Positions 20,144 to 30,559 of a stretch of DNA of 64,000 bases are shown here, one piece after another. How positions within the stretch are numbered: position 1 is the stretch's first letter; every line of letters starts with the position of its first letter. The position numbers were made by a program, and so were the translations under genes. Location: positions 64,001 through 128,000 of the forward strand of contig CAVZMH010000003.1 of NCBI GenBank assembly GCA_963776345.1, given 5' to 3'. Under the pieces are notes generated by a model. The model saw only the letters and a list, made by a program, of their open reading frames with translations. It was not told the DNA's origin and did no database searches. The DNA comes from an uncultured delta proteobacterium. Its GTDB lineage: Bacteria > Myxococcota > Myxococcia > Myxococcales > Myxococcaceae.

Positions 20144-22117
20144 GTGTCCGTGCCCCTCACACTCAAGGTCTTCAAGGGCCAGGCGATGGTCGCCGCGAAG
20201 GACTACGACCGCGACATCATCAAGATCGGTCGGCTCGCCTCGGCCCACCTCTGCCTCGACGACGACAAGGTCAGCCGCATCCACTCGGTCATCGAGGTCA
20301 CCCCGGACGGCAAGCTGTCGATCATCGACATGGGCAGTGTCGAGGGCACCTGGGTCAACGGGAAGCGGGTGAACAAGGGCGCGCTGTCCTTCGGCGACGA
20401 GATCCGGGTCGGGAACACGCTGATCAAGGTCGAGGACGGGGCGGCCGCCAGGGCCGCCGCCGCCCAGGCGCCGGCGCCGGCGGCCGCGCCGGTGCGCACC
20501 AACGGCAACGCAGGCTCTGCTGCCGCCGCGCTCTCCGAGGCGGCGCGCTCGGTCCCGGTGGCGAACGTCGCGCCGACCATCGCCCCGATCGGACCGCCGG
20601 CCCCCGTCGCGGCGCCATCCGCTCCGGCGCCGGTCGCGCCAGCGCCCGCCGCCGCGCCCGCTCCGGTCGCCGCGCGCGTCCAGGTTCCCCCCCGCGCGCC
20701 GGCTGCCGAGCGCGACTGGCCGGGCCTCGACGCGAGGCTGCGGCCGGTCCGCCGGCAGGGCGCCGGCCCGCTGGGGCTGGAGCTCCGGTTCCGCTGGGGC
20801 GATCAGATCGTCGCCGAGCACCTGCTCGGCCCGAAGCACAAGGGCGAGTTCAAGATCGGCAACGCCGCCGGGGTGGACTTCACCGTGGGCGACCAGAGGC
20901 TGGGCGGGCCGTCCTTCTCCCTGGTGAGCGCCGACGGCACCGGTAGCTTCACCCTCCGCATCACCGGACAGATGACCGGCGAGCTGGAGCGCAAGGGTCG
21001 CATCGTCACCCTGGTCCAGGCCATCGAGTCCGGGCTCGCGACGCACGACGGGGACGCGTACGACATCGCGCTCGAGCCGGACGACATCGCGCTCGTCGAC
21101 GTGGGCGGGGTGGTGGTGGACCTCTGCTTCCAGCCCGTCCCGCAGAAGGTGGCGGTCCCGCTCAGCGAGCGGCTGGACTGGACCGCGCTCAACGTCTTCC
21201 TGCTGGTCTTCTTCTTCGCCGGGCTCCTGGTCGTGGCGGCGGTCACCCGCCTCGCCTCGGGCGAGGAGTTCACCGACGAGCTCTCCGGCAACAACGCGGT
21301 GCTCACCAAGCTCCTGGTGAAGCCGCCGGAGATGCAGAAGAACCCCTTCATCGAGCAGCTCAACAAGGCCAAGGAGAAGGGCGAGGCGCCGGCGGCGTTC
21401 CAGGGCGCCGAGGGCCAGATGGGCAAGAAGAACGCCCCCAACCGTGACGCCAAGGCCTCGCCCAAGGCGATCGACCCCAACAGCAAGGACCAGGCGCGGC
21501 TCATCGCCCAGCGCATCTTCGGCGGGAAGGGCAACGCCGGCATCGCCGTCCTCTTCGGGCGGGCGGGCCTGGGCGGCAGCCTCCAGGCGGCGATGGGCCA
21601 CATGACCGGCTCCACCGTCGGTGACGCCGGCGGGGTGCTGGGCATGGGGCTCAAGGGCAGCGGGGGCGGTGGCGGCGGGACGGGCAACACCATCGGCATC
21701 GGCGCGGTGGGCACGCGCGGCGTGGCGGGCGGCGAGGGCAAGTACGGGACGGGCATCGGGATGGGGAAGAAGTCCAGCGCCGACATCTCCATCACCCAGT
21801 CGGACCCCGAGGTGACCGGCTCGATGGACCCCGAGCTCATCCGCCGCGTCGTCCGGAGCCACCACGACCAGCTGAAGTACTGCTACGACAACGCGCTCAC
21901 CCGGAACCCGAAGCTCACCGGCAAGGTGTCGGTGCGGTGGATCATCACCGAGGCCGGCACGGTGGCCTCGTCCAACGTGGTGAGCTCCACCACCAACACC
22001 CCCGAGCTGGACCGGTGCATCGCCGGCCGCGTGCTGACCTGGATCTTCCCCAAGCCCAAGGGCGGCGGCGTGGCGGTGGTCACCTACCCGTTCGTGTTCA
22101 AGCAAGCAGGGGAATGA
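20144..22117 (+). CDS. gltG: Gliding motility protein GltG/PglI (FHA, TM, TonB-C-like)
   Basis: FHA motifs IKIGR, VSRIH, GTWVNG; Ala/Pro linker; TM; Gly-rich stretch; C-terminal CY...C...FPKPKGGGVAVVTYPFVF. Confidence 0.9.
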   Translation: MSVPLTLKVFKGQAMVAAKDYDRDIIKIGRLASAHLCLDDDKVSRIHSVIEVTPDGKLSIIDMGSVEGTWVNGKRVNKGALSFGDEIRVGNTLIKVEDGAAARAAAAQAPAPAAAPVRTNGNAGSAAAALSEAARSVPVANVAPTIAPIGPPAPVAAPSAPAPVAPAPAAAPAPVAARVQVPPRAPAAERDWPGLDARLRPVRRQGAGPLGLELRFRWGDQIVAEHLLGPKHKGEFKIGNAAGVDFTVGDQRLGGPSFSLVSADGTGSFTLRITGQMTGELERKGRIVTLVQAIESGLATHDGDAYDIALEPDDIALVDVGGVVVDLCFQPVPQKVAVPLSERLDWTALNVFLLVFFFAGLLVVAAVTRLASGEEFTDELSGNNAVLTKLLVKPPEMQKNPFIEQLNKAKEKGEAPAAFQGAEGQMGKKNAPNRDAKASPKAIDPNSKDQARLIAQRIFGGKGNAGIAVLFGRAGLGGSLQAAMGHMTGSTVGDAGGVLGMGLKGSGGGGGGTGNTIGIGAVGTRGVAGGEGKYGTGIGMGKKSSADISITQSDPEVTGSMDPELIRRVVRSHHDQLKYCYDNALTRNPKLTGKVSVRWIITEAGTVASSNVVSSTTNTPELDRCIAGRVLTWIFPKPKGGGVAVVTYPFVFKQAGE

Positions 22118-22124
22118 CGCCCGA

Positions 22125-22772
22125 ATGAACCGCTCCCTCCTGGGGATGGTCGTGGTCCTCACCTCGCTGTGGGCCGGCCCGCTCCGGGCACAGGCCGCGG
22201 CGCCGATCCTCGCCGCCACCGAGCCGCCGGTGGACGAGGTCGCGCGTGGCGTCTTCTTCGGCCTGAACATCGGTCCGGCGTTCATGACCGCCGCGCCCGC
22301 CCCGAGCGGCGCGAACCGGCCCTTCAGCTCCGGGGCCACGCTCCGGCTCGACGTGGGGTACGACATCGGCCGTGTCGTCTCGCTGAGCCTCTTCTTCGCC
22401 GGGAACACCTACTCGGCCAACGCGGACTACGTCGGGAACTCCGGCGGGACGGCCTCGGGTGACTTCTCGAGCATCGCCACGGGTCTGGCGGTGCAGTGGA
22501 ACTTCCTCGGATTCGCCGACAGCCAGGGTGTCCAGCGAACCTGGCTGTACCTCAAGGGAGGAGGTGGGTTCGCGCTCCTCAAGCCCAACGCCCTCTTCGC
22601 CACCGACCCCACCGACAGCTACGGAAGCATTCTTGTGTTCGCCGGACCCGGGTTGCAGTACTACACGCGCCTTCGACACTTTTCGGTGGGCGTGGAGATC
22701 GTGGGTTCGTACCTGTTGAAGCCGAAGACGTTCGGCTTCGCCATCACGCCGAACCTGCGCTACGCCTTCTAG
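22125..22772 (+). CDS. cglE: Outer-membrane beta-barrel gliding protein GltH/CglE
   Basis: Signal peptide, amphipathic strands, YYTRLRHFSVG, terminal LRYAF; synteny after gltG. Confidence 0.8.
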   Translation: MNRSLLGMVVVLTSLWAGPLRAQAAAPILAATEPPVDEVARGVFFGLNIGPAFMTAAPAPSGANRPFSSGATLRLDVGYDIGRVVSLSLFFAGNTYSANADYVGNSGGTASGDFSSIATGLAVQWNFLGFADSQGVQRTWLYLKGGGGFALLKPNALFATDPTDSYGSILVFAGPGLQYYTRLRHFSVGVEIVGSYLLKPKTFGFAITPNLRYAF

Positions 22773-22783
22773 CGAGGGCAGCC

Positions 22784-24754
22784 GTGGCAGTGGACAGTGG
22801 ACAGGGACCTGGGCGCCCGGGGCAGGGGCGCCGCGGCGAAGGACCGGCAGGACGGGGCGGCGGTCGCGGGGACCGCGGCGGGCCCGGCGGCCGTGGCGGG
22901 CGGGACCGGGGTGATCGCCGTCGTGACGGCGGGAGCTCGGCTGGTGGACGCGTCGTCCCCGAGCTGTCGACGCTGGAGAAGGCGCTGGCCAAGGGGGACT
23001 TCGCGGCCGAGATCCACCCGCTCGACGCGGTGGTGAAGGCCCTCCGGCAAGCGCGGGCCCGCTCCCTCCAGGGTCTGGACATGGACACCCGGGGACGGCT
23101 GATCACCACTCTCTCCCGGGTGGCGCGGCAGACCAAGCCCGCGCCGGATGCGGACGCGCCGGCCGCTGCCGAGGAGGGCGCCGGCGCCACCGAGGTGCCG
23201 GCCGAGGCCGAGGAGGCCGTCTCGCTCACCGCTCCCACCGAGCAAGTGGCCGAGTCGTCGGGTATCGGCGAGGGCTCTCCGCCGCCGGAGCCGGCGACGG
23301 CCGAGCCGGTGACCACCCCGGCGGAGCCGGGCGCCGAGGCAGAGGCCGGTCCTGCGCCAGCGGCTCCGGCCGAGGCGGCCGGCGGCAACGGCGAGGCGCC
23401 CTCGCCGCCGAGCGCGGCCGGGGCGGCGGCGTTGACGCCTGCTCGGGCGTACGGCGAGGTGCTCTTCCGCGTGGGTCTGGCCTGGGCGGCGGTGGGCGAG
23501 CAGGAGCGCGCGGACACGGCGTTCGCGGCCGCCGGACGCCGTCCCTCGCCCGGTGAGCTTCGAGCCGCCGAGAGCGCGAGTGGCCCGGAGGCGCCGGCCG
23601 GCACCGGCGGGCCGGAGCGCCGCGGGGGACGCGAGCGCCCCGAGCGCCCCGAGCGCGGGGAGCGGCGCGAGCGGCCCGGACGCCCGGAGCACGCCCCCCG
23701 GGGTGAGCGCCCGGCGGCCGGCGCGGCGCGCGGCGGCCCGCCGGAGATCCCGCCCGAGCTGGCGGGCGACTGGAAGGGCCAGGCGGACTTCCTCGAGTCG
23801 CGCGGGCGCACCCGTGACGCGGCCAGGCTGTACGACAAGCACGGCTCCTTCGCGGACGCGGCGCGGCTGTTCGAGGCCGGGGGCGACCTGCGCTCGGCGC
23901 TGCGGGCTGCGCTCGCGGCCAAGGATCTGGAGCTCGGCCGGAGGCTGGCGACCCAGCTGCCGCCCGGGGAGGCACAGACCATCCTCGAGAAGGCGGAGGG
24001 CTGGGAGCTCCTCATGGAGCTGCACGTCAAGTCGGGCCGCTTCGACGAGGTGGCCAAGCTCTACGAGCGAGCCCGTCAGTTCGACCAGGCGGGACTCGCC
24101 TGGGAGCGCGCCGGGAAGCTGAGCGCCGCGCGGAAGGCCTACGAGCGCGCGCGCGACGTCGCGTCGGCCGACCGGGTGCGGACCCTGGAGGTCGACCGGC
24201 TGGTGGAGCGGGGCGACCGGCTCGGCGCGGCGCTGCTCCTGGTGCAAGGCCGGCAGCGGGAGCAGGCCGCGAAGCTGCTCGAGCCGCTGCCTCCGCCGAA
24301 GGCGTTCCGCTTCCTCCAGCAGCTCGGGCTGAACGCCGAGGCGAAGGCGCTGGGCGAGCGCGAGCTCCAGCGGGCGACCGAGGAGTCCAAGTCCATGGCC
24401 CGTGCACGGTGGCTCGAGCTGCTGGAGCGCCCTGCGGACGCGGCAGAGGCCTGGGAAGCGGCCGGCCGGAAGGACAAGGCCTTTCCGTTGCTCGAGAAGG
24501 CGGGCCAGTTCGGCCGCGGCGCGCGCCTGGCCGAGGAGATCGGGAGCCGCAACGAGGCGATCCGTCTCTTCCGCCGCGCCGGGGAGGACGCCGAGGCCGA
24601 TCGGCTCGAGGCGCTCCCACCGGCGCCGCCGCCCGAACCGATGCCCGAGCCGCCGGACCACGAGGGCGTGGGCTCCGCCGACCACCCCGCCGAGCAGGTC
24701 TCGCCGACGAGCGACGCTGCCGGAGAGGCCGGGGGCACATCGGACCACGTGTAG
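22784..24754 (+). CDS. Helical-repeat protein with low-complexity regions (possible AgmV-like member of the glt cluster)
   Basis: GTG 22784 after GAGGG; RGG-, A/E/P- and ERP-rich tracts; C-terminal AARLY/FExAG repeats. Confidence 0.6.
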   Translation: MAVDSGQGPGRPGQGRRGEGPAGRGGGRGDRGGPGGRGGRDRGDRRRDGGSSAGGRVVPELSTLEKALAKGDFAAEIHPLDAVVKALRQARARSLQGLDMDTRGRLITTLSRVARQTKPAPDADAPAAAEEGAGATEVPAEAEEAVSLTAPTEQVAESSGIGEGSPPPEPATAEPVTTPAEPGAEAEAGPAPAAPAEAAGGNGEAPSPPSAAGAAALTPARAYGEVLFRVGLAWAAVGEQERADTAFAAAGRRPSPGELRAAESASGPEAPAGTGGPERRGGRERPERPERGERRERPGRPEHAPRGERPAAGAARGGPPEIPPELAGDWKGQADFLESRGRTRDAARLYDKHGSFADAARLFEAGGDLRSALRAALAAKDLELGRRLATQLPPGEAQTILEKAEGWELLMELHVKSGRFDEVAKLYERARQFDQAGLAWERAGKLSAARKAYERARDVASADRVRTLEVDRLVERGDRLGAALLLVQGRQREQAAKLLEPLPPPKAFRFLQQLGLNAEAKALGERELQRATEESKSMARARWLELLERPADAAEAWEAAGRKDKAFPLLEKAGQFGRGARLAEEIGSRNEAIRLFRRAGEDAEADRLEALPPAPPPEPMPEPPDHEGVGSADHPAEQVSPTSDAAGEAGGTSDHV

Positions 24755-24830
24755 CGTCTCTGTCCGCCCGCCCCCTGTCCTGCGGTACGAGCGCGGGGCC
24801 GGGCGGCCCTGGTAGATTCAGGGTCCTCCC

Positions 24831-25028
24831 TTGCTCGCTCTCTTCTCGAACCTGATCCTCGCGGCGCTCCCGGTGTCGCGCATCCTCCACCTGCAGCGCG
24901 CGGCCGCCCTGGCGACCATCATGGCGATGATCTGCACCGCGGTCATCGCCTGCGTGCCGCACGTCGCCGCGCGCGTCCGCGCCTCACGCCGGACGGCGGC
25001 GAACCGCCGGAGGCTCCGGAAGCGCTGA
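24831..25028 (+). CDS. Small membrane protein
   Basis: 65 aa, two hydrophobic segments and a basic tail. Confidence 0.45.
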   Translation: MLALFSNLILAALPVSRILHLQRAAALATIMAMICTAVIACVPHVAARVRASRRTAANRRRLRKR

Positions 25029-25256
25029 GTCGCGGTCCGGCGCCTCCGGTCGTCGCGGGCACGCCGGAGCGTCTACCGGTAGAGCTGTGACCACGCGCAG
25101 CGCTGCTCGAGGTCCTCATCGATCGTGGACTCGTCCGCGTTCGAGATCCGCGCGCCGAGCTCGAGCTTTCCCCTCGCCAGAGCGACGGCGCCGAGCATGC
25201 TCCGCGGTGAGTCCGGGTCTTGCACCGTCGCGAGGTCTCGAAGCTCCCATCGAGCG

Positions 25257-27458
25257 TCAGCGGGTGGGTGGTGCGGACGGCGGAGTCCCTCCGTCGGGCC
25301 GGACGGTCGGCTGATCGCGCGGGCCGGGCGGGATCCACCGCTCGAAGAAGTCCACCAGCCTCCCGTAGAGGTAGAGCGCGTCGTCCTCGCGTGCGGCCCA
25401 GGCGTGCGTCGCGGTGGGGGTGAAGGCGAGCTCGAACTTCCGGTGCGCGCGGACCATCGCCTGGGCGAGCGTCACCGAGGTCTGGAACGGGACCACGTCG
25501 TCCGCCATGCCGTGGATGATCAGCAGCGGGTCCTGGAGGCCAGCGGCGTAGAGCGCGGCGCGGCCCCGTTCGAACACCTCGGGGTGTGTGGCCGGAGTCC
25601 GGGTGATGGCCACGTCGTCGCTCCCGTAGTAGCGCGGGTCCGTCGCCGGCGCGCCGGCCACGCCCGCCTGGAACAGCCCGGGCCTCTTGAAGAGCGAGAA
25701 GACGGTGAGGAGCCCGCCGTAGCTGCTCCCGAAGATGCCGATGCGCCCTCCGTCGACGAAGGGCAAGGACCTCATCCCCGCCACCGCGTCCTGGTAGTCG
25801 TCCAGGTCGGAGCGCCCCCACTCGAAGAGGAACTTCTCCCGGAAGGCGCGGCCGTACCCGGTGCTCCCGCGCGAGTCGACCTGGACCAGCACGTACCCGT
25901 GCTCGACCAGCAGCTGCATCAGCCCGCCGAAGCGCGGGTTCCACTGGTTGCGGACCGTGTTGCTGTAGACCGGGCCGAAGAGCACCGGGTAGCGCCGGCG
26001 CGGATCGAGGTCCGCCGGCACGACCATCCGCACGTGGAGCGGGACGCCGGCGCTGGTGCTCGGAAAACTCAGGTACTTCACCCGGCCCCACCGCACGCGC
26101 TCGAACTCGGGCGGAGGCGAGCGGGTGATCCGCCGCGTGCCGATGTACAGCTCGGTCGGCGCCGTGTCGTCGCTGTGCAGGAACGCCACCGCGCTGCCGT
26201 CCGGTGAGACGATCGGCCTGTTCCAGCCGGGGAGGGTGCTGACCCGGACCGGGGCGCCCCCGGCGGTGGGGATGCGCCAGACCTGCCGCTCCTCGGGCGC
26301 GGGGTCGTTCGACAGGTAGTGGATGACGCGCGCACCCGCCGGCGCGATGGCCGGGCCGAGCACGTCGTGGGGGCCGGAGGTCAAGGGCTCCAGCTGCCGC
26401 GAGCCGGGGGTGAGGAGGTACAGGCGGTACCACTCGTCGAGGTCGCCGGTCAGGAGGATGCGTCTGCCGTCGGGGTGCCAGGCCGAGGCGAGCTGGTTGT
26501 AGATGCGCGACTCCCGGTGGTCGGTCCACACCTCGGTCGGCGCCCCGGTCGCCGGGTCGACCAGGTGAACGGCCCGGTCGATCGAGTCGTCCGTCTCGCG
26601 GTCGACCAGGAGCTGGCCCCGCGAGGAGAAGGCGAGCGTCAGGAGGTGCCACCGGGTCGGCTCGGGCAGGGCGAGCAGCCGGAGGGTGCGGGTCGGCACC
26701 TCGACGAGCGCCACCGTTCGCAGCTCGTTCACCTCGCCCGGCGCGCCGCGGCGCACCCGGTCCAGCGTGGCCTCCGGGGTCAGGTAGTCGGGGATGGGGA
26801 AGGCGTGGACCTGCCGCCGGTCCACGTACTGGAGCGCGAGGTATTTCCCGTCCGGAGACCACGCCGGCGCGAGTCCCTCGTCCCACGCGCCCTGGCCCAG
26901 CTCGACGTCGGGGCGGTCGTACACGCCCCCGCCCTTGCCGATCGGCTTGACCGCCACCTGCGTGGCCCGCACCGGCGTCCCGCGCTCGAGCGGAAGGAGC
27001 CACAGGTCCCCGTCCTCGATCCAGGCGGCGGTGTGCCCATCCGGCGAGACCGAGAGGTTGCTCCGCTCGCCCGCCGCGGGCGCGAGCACCTCGGGCTTGC
27101 CGCCGCGCGCCGGGACGCGACGGAGCTCGCCCGCCTCGAGGTAGAGCAGCCGCTGCCCCGGGAGCCAGGCCAGCTCGGAGACGCCCGGGCTCCGCTCCTC
27201 GGTCAGCCGCCGCGGCCGCGTGCCGTCCCGCTCCACCACCCAGACCTGCCGCTCGGGCATGCCGTGGTCGTTCCAGAGGAAGGCGAGCAGCCTTCCGTCG
27301 GGCGACCAGAGGGGGTGGGCCGGGGCGGTCCCGAAGAGCGCCGGGCGGTGGGAGACGACGCGCTCGAGGGTGAGCGGAAGCGCGGGCTCGGCGCGCACCT
27401 GCGCGGCGGCGAGTCCGGGGAGGAGGAGCAGCAGCAGGCGCGTCCTTGCGCTGGACAT
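25257..27458 (-). CDS. S9 family dipeptidyl peptidase IV-like exported peptidase
   Basis: Signal peptide, WSPDG propeller repeats, catalytic GSSYGG, HGMADDVV and ATH. Confidence 0.9.
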   Translation of the reverse strand: MSSARTRLLLLLLPGLAAAQVRAEPALPLTLERVVSHRPALFGTAPAHPLWSPDGRLLAFLWNDHGMPERQVWVVERDGTRPRRLTEERSPGVSELAWLPGQRLLYLEAGELRRVPARGGKPEVLAPAAGERSNLSVSPDGHTAAWIEDGDLWLLPLERGTPVRATQVAVKPIGKGGGVYDRPDVELGQGAWDEGLAPAWSPDGKYLALQYVDRRQVHAFPIPDYLTPEATLDRVRRGAPGEVNELRTVALVEVPTRTLRLLALPEPTRWHLLTLAFSSRGQLLVDRETDDSIDRAVHLVDPATGAPTEVWTDHRESRIYNQLASAWHPDGRRILLTGDLDEWYRLYLLTPGSRQLEPLTSGPHDVLGPAIAPAGARVIHYLSNDPAPEERQVWRIPTAGGAPVRVSTLPGWNRPIVSPDGSAVAFLHSDDTAPTELYIGTRRITRSPPPEFERVRWGRVKYLSFPSTSAGVPLHVRMVVPADLDPRRRYPVLFGPVYSNTVRNQWNPRFGGLMQLLVEHGYVLVQVDSRGSTGYGRAFREKFLFEWGRSDLDDYQDAVAGMRSLPFVDGGRIGIFGSSYGGLLTVFSLFKRPGLFQAGVAGAPATDPRYYGSDDVAITRTPATHPEVFERGRAALYAAGLQDPLLIIHGMADDVVPFQTSVTLAQAMVRAHRKFELAFTPTATHAWAAREDDALYLYGRLVDFFERWIPPGPRDQPTVRPDGGTPPSAPPTR

Positions 27459-27486
27459 CCACGGATGCTCAGGTCCCGCCCCGGCC

Positions 27487-28941
27487 TTGGCAAGCGCGAG
27501 ATTGGTGCGGAGCATCGGCCTGGTCGGCCTGACCGCGACGGGCATCGCGTCGATGGTGGGCGCCGGCATCTACGTGGTGCCGTTCATGATCCAGCGCCAC
27601 GTCCCGGGCATCGGGTCCGGCGTCCTCCTGGCGTACCTGCTCGCCGCCGTGCCCGCGGTGCTCGCCGGCCTGGCCTACGCCATCCTCGCCTCGGCGATGC
27701 CGCGGGCCGGCGGGAGCTACGTCTATGCGAGCCGCGGGCTCAACCCGTACCTGGGCTTCATCGCCAGCTTCTCGCAGTGGTTCTCGCTCTGCGTGGCCAT
27801 CGGGGTGGTGAGCTACCTCCTGACGCCGTTCGTTCGCGACGTGGCGCTGGCCGCGGGGCCCGTCGACCTCGCCCGGGCGCTGGACCGGCCGGCGGTGCGC
27901 CTGCTCCTCCCGCTCGCCGTGCTCTGGTGCTTCGCCGGGGTGAACCTGCGCGGGCTCGAGGCGTACCAGCGCGTGCTCCTGCCGCTCCTGGGCCTGACCT
28001 TCCTGCTCGGCGCGGTGGTCATCGTGGCCGGGTTCGTGCTCGGCCCGGCAGCGAGCCCCCCGGCCCCGGCCGGCGCCGTCCCGGTCTCGCCCCGACCCGG
28101 GACCATCGCCACGGCGGCCGCGCTCCTCTTCTCCAGCTTCATCGGGTTCGACGCCATCGCCCAGGCGGGCGGAGAGGCGCGCGACCCCTCCCGCACCCTG
28201 CCGCTCGCCATCGGCCTGGCGATCGGGATCGTCACCGTCTTCTACGCCCTGTTCGCCGGCGCCGTGTACCACGCGGTGCCCTGGACGGTGGTCCGCGACG
28301 AGGCGCTCCGGCACGACACCTCGGCTGCGGCGCTCCTCGGCGCGCTGCTCCCCACGCCGCTCCGGGTCGCGGTGGTGGCGGGAGCAGCGGTGGCGCTGGC
28401 GAAGGACCTCCCGGCGATGCTGCTCGGCGTCTCGCGCCTGATGTTCGCCTGGGCTGAGGACGGCATCGTTCCCCGGGTGGTCGCCTCGGTGCACCCGCGG
28501 TTCCACACGCCCTGGGTCGCCATCGGGGTGAGCGCCACGGTCGCCTCGCTGGGCATCCTTGGCTGCCACCTGGCCGGAGACTTCTTCCTCGGGGTGGACA
28601 TCCTGGTCACCTCGATGCTGGTGAACTTCCTCCTGATGTGTGGCTCGGTGCTGGCGCTGCCGGGGCGGAACCCGGCTCTGGCCCGCGAGGTCAGGGTGCT
28701 CCGCTCGCGTACGGCCCAGCGGCTGGTCGGCATCTCCGGCATCGTGCTCCTCGGAGCGCTCCTGGTGGTGCACACCGCCCGCGACCTCGCGCCCTCCGGC
28801 CTGCCCTGGTACCTGCGGAGCACCCCGGTGTGGCTCGGGGTGATGGCGGTGGGCTCGGCCGTGTACTGGCGTGAGCTCCGCGTCCTGCGCCGGCGCGGGG
28901 TGAACGTGCAGGCGCTCTTCGCCGCGCTGCCTCCGGAGTGA
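27487..28941 (+). CDS. APC family amino acid permease
   Basis: IASMVGAGIY, MPRAGGSYVY, FIGFDAIAQAGGEARDP, SRLMFAWAEDG; start uncertain (TTG 27487). Confidence 0.85.
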   Translation: MASARLVRSIGLVGLTATGIASMVGAGIYVVPFMIQRHVPGIGSGVLLAYLLAAVPAVLAGLAYAILASAMPRAGGSYVYASRGLNPYLGFIASFSQWFSLCVAIGVVSYLLTPFVRDVALAAGPVDLARALDRPAVRLLLPLAVLWCFAGVNLRGLEAYQRVLLPLLGLTFLLGAVVIVAGFVLGPAASPPAPAGAVPVSPRPGTIATAAALLFSSFIGFDAIAQAGGEARDPSRTLPLAIGLAIGIVTVFYALFAGAVYHAVPWTVVRDEALRHDTSAAALLGALLPTPLRVAVVAGAAVALAKDLPAMLLGVSRLMFAWAEDGIVPRVVASVHPRFHTPWVAIGVSATVASLGILGCHLAGDFFLGVDILVTSMLVNFLLMCGSVLALPGRNPALAREVRVLRSRTAQRLVGISGIVLLGALLVVHTARDLAPSGLPWYLRSTPVWLGVMAVGSAVYWRELRVLRRRGVNVQALFAALPPE

Positions 28942-28952
28942 AGGACGGACCC

Positions 28953-30402
28953 ATGGCCAGCATTCCTCGCCCCGAACGACGCGCGCTCGCTCCCGACCTC
29001 GACGTCTCCCGCATCGTGACCGGCCTCTGGCAGGTGGCGGACATGGAGCGCGACGGGCAACAGCTCGATCTCGACGCCGCCGCGCGGCGCGATGGCGCCG
29101 TACGCGCAGGCGGGCTTCACCACCTTCGACATGGCGGACCACTACGGCTCGGCCGAGGAAATCGCCGGACGGTTCGCGGCGAGCGGAGGCCAGGCGGAGC
29201 TCCTGACCAAGTGGGTCCCCGAGCCCGGGCCCATCCAGCGGGAGACGGTGCGGGCCGCGGTGACGCGCGCGCTCGGGCGGCTGCAGCGCGAGCGCATCGA
29301 CCTGCTCCAGTTCCACGCCTGGCGCTTCTCGGATCCGTCCTGGCTCGACGCGCTGTTCTTCCTGGACGAGCTGCGCGCCGAGGGGCTCATCCACCACCTA
29401 GGAGCGGTGAACTTCGACACGGCGCACCTCCGGGTGGCGCTGGCGAGCGGCATCCGCCTGGTCTCCAACCAGGTGGCGTTCTCCTTGCTCGACCGGCGCG
29501 CCGCGGGGCAGATGGCCGCGTTCTGCCGGGAGCACGGCGTGCAGCTGCTCGCCTACGGGGTGCTCGCCGGAGGGTTTCTCACCGAGCGCTGGCTCGACCG
29601 GCCCGCGCCGACGGAGGCCCAGCGGGCCACCTGGTCGGAGATGAAGTACCACCGCTTCATCGAGGTGGCGGGCGGGTGGGAGCGTTTCCAGCTGCTCGCC
29701 CGCGCGGTCGCCGCCGTCGCGCGGAAGCACGGGATCTCGATGGCGAACGTGGCTTGCCGGGCCATCCTCGACGAGCCCGCGGTGGCGGCGGTCATCGTCG
29801 GCGCGCGGCTCGGGGAACGCTCACACCTGGAGGACAACGCGCGGGTCTTCTCGCTCGCCCTCGACGAGGCGGACCGGAGAGCGATTGCCGCCGCGGCCTT
29901 GGGGCTCGCGCCGATCCCGGGCGACTGCGGCGACGAGTACCGCCGGCCGCCGTACCTGACCGCCTCCGGAGACCTGAGCCACCACGTCCGGGAGCTCCCG
30001 CCGCCGTACACGACGCGGGAGTCCGGGGGACGGACCTCGTGCTTCAGCGGGACCCCGTGGGAACCCCTCGCCGGGTACGCCCGCGCCGTGCGGAAGGGCT
30101 CACGGATCGCGGTCTCGGGGACGACGGCCTCTCACGGGAGCCGCTCCATCGGCGGATCCGACCCGGCAGCCCAGACGCACTTCGTCATCGACAAGCTGCA
30201 GGGGGCGCTGGAGTCGCTCGGGGGCCGGCTCGAGGACGTGGTCCGGACGCGGGTGTTCGTCCGCCGCATCCAGGACTGGGAGGCGGTGGCCCGGGCGCAC
30301 GGGGAGCGCTTCGGACACATCCAGCCGGCGAACACGCTGGTCGAGGCGGCACTGGTGTCGGAGGACGCCCTGGTGGAGATCGAGGCCGACGCCGAGCTGT
30401 GA
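28953..30402 (+). CDS. Aldo/keto reductase fused to a C-terminal Rid (RidA-like) domain; apparent frameshift near 29085
   Basis: SRIVTGLWQ, then in the next frame FDMADHYG, LLTK, DLLQFH; C-terminal GYARAVR..VSGTT..DVVRTR..PANTLV..VEIEADA. Confidence 0.8.
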
Positions 30403-30559
30403 GGGACCCCGAGTTGCCCTCGCCTGGCCGGGCTGCTATCCAGCCGGTCGCGCCGTCCCGGCGGCGCCCCATGACCACGAATTCCTGAGTCCGAAGCCGA
30501 CGCCCCAGCGAGCGCACATGCGCCCGGGGCGGGTCGTGTCCTCGATCCAGGAGTTCGCA

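Noticed and set aside
23610..23700. GAGCGCCCC-type short tandem repeats
   Set aside because: They encode an ERP low-complexity tract inside a CDS; not CRISPR or a mobile repeat
25070..25255. Short minus-strand reading MLGAVALARGKLELGARISNADESTIDEDLEQRCAWSQLYR
   Set aside because: May be a gene remnant but is too short, with no clear start or family to support a call
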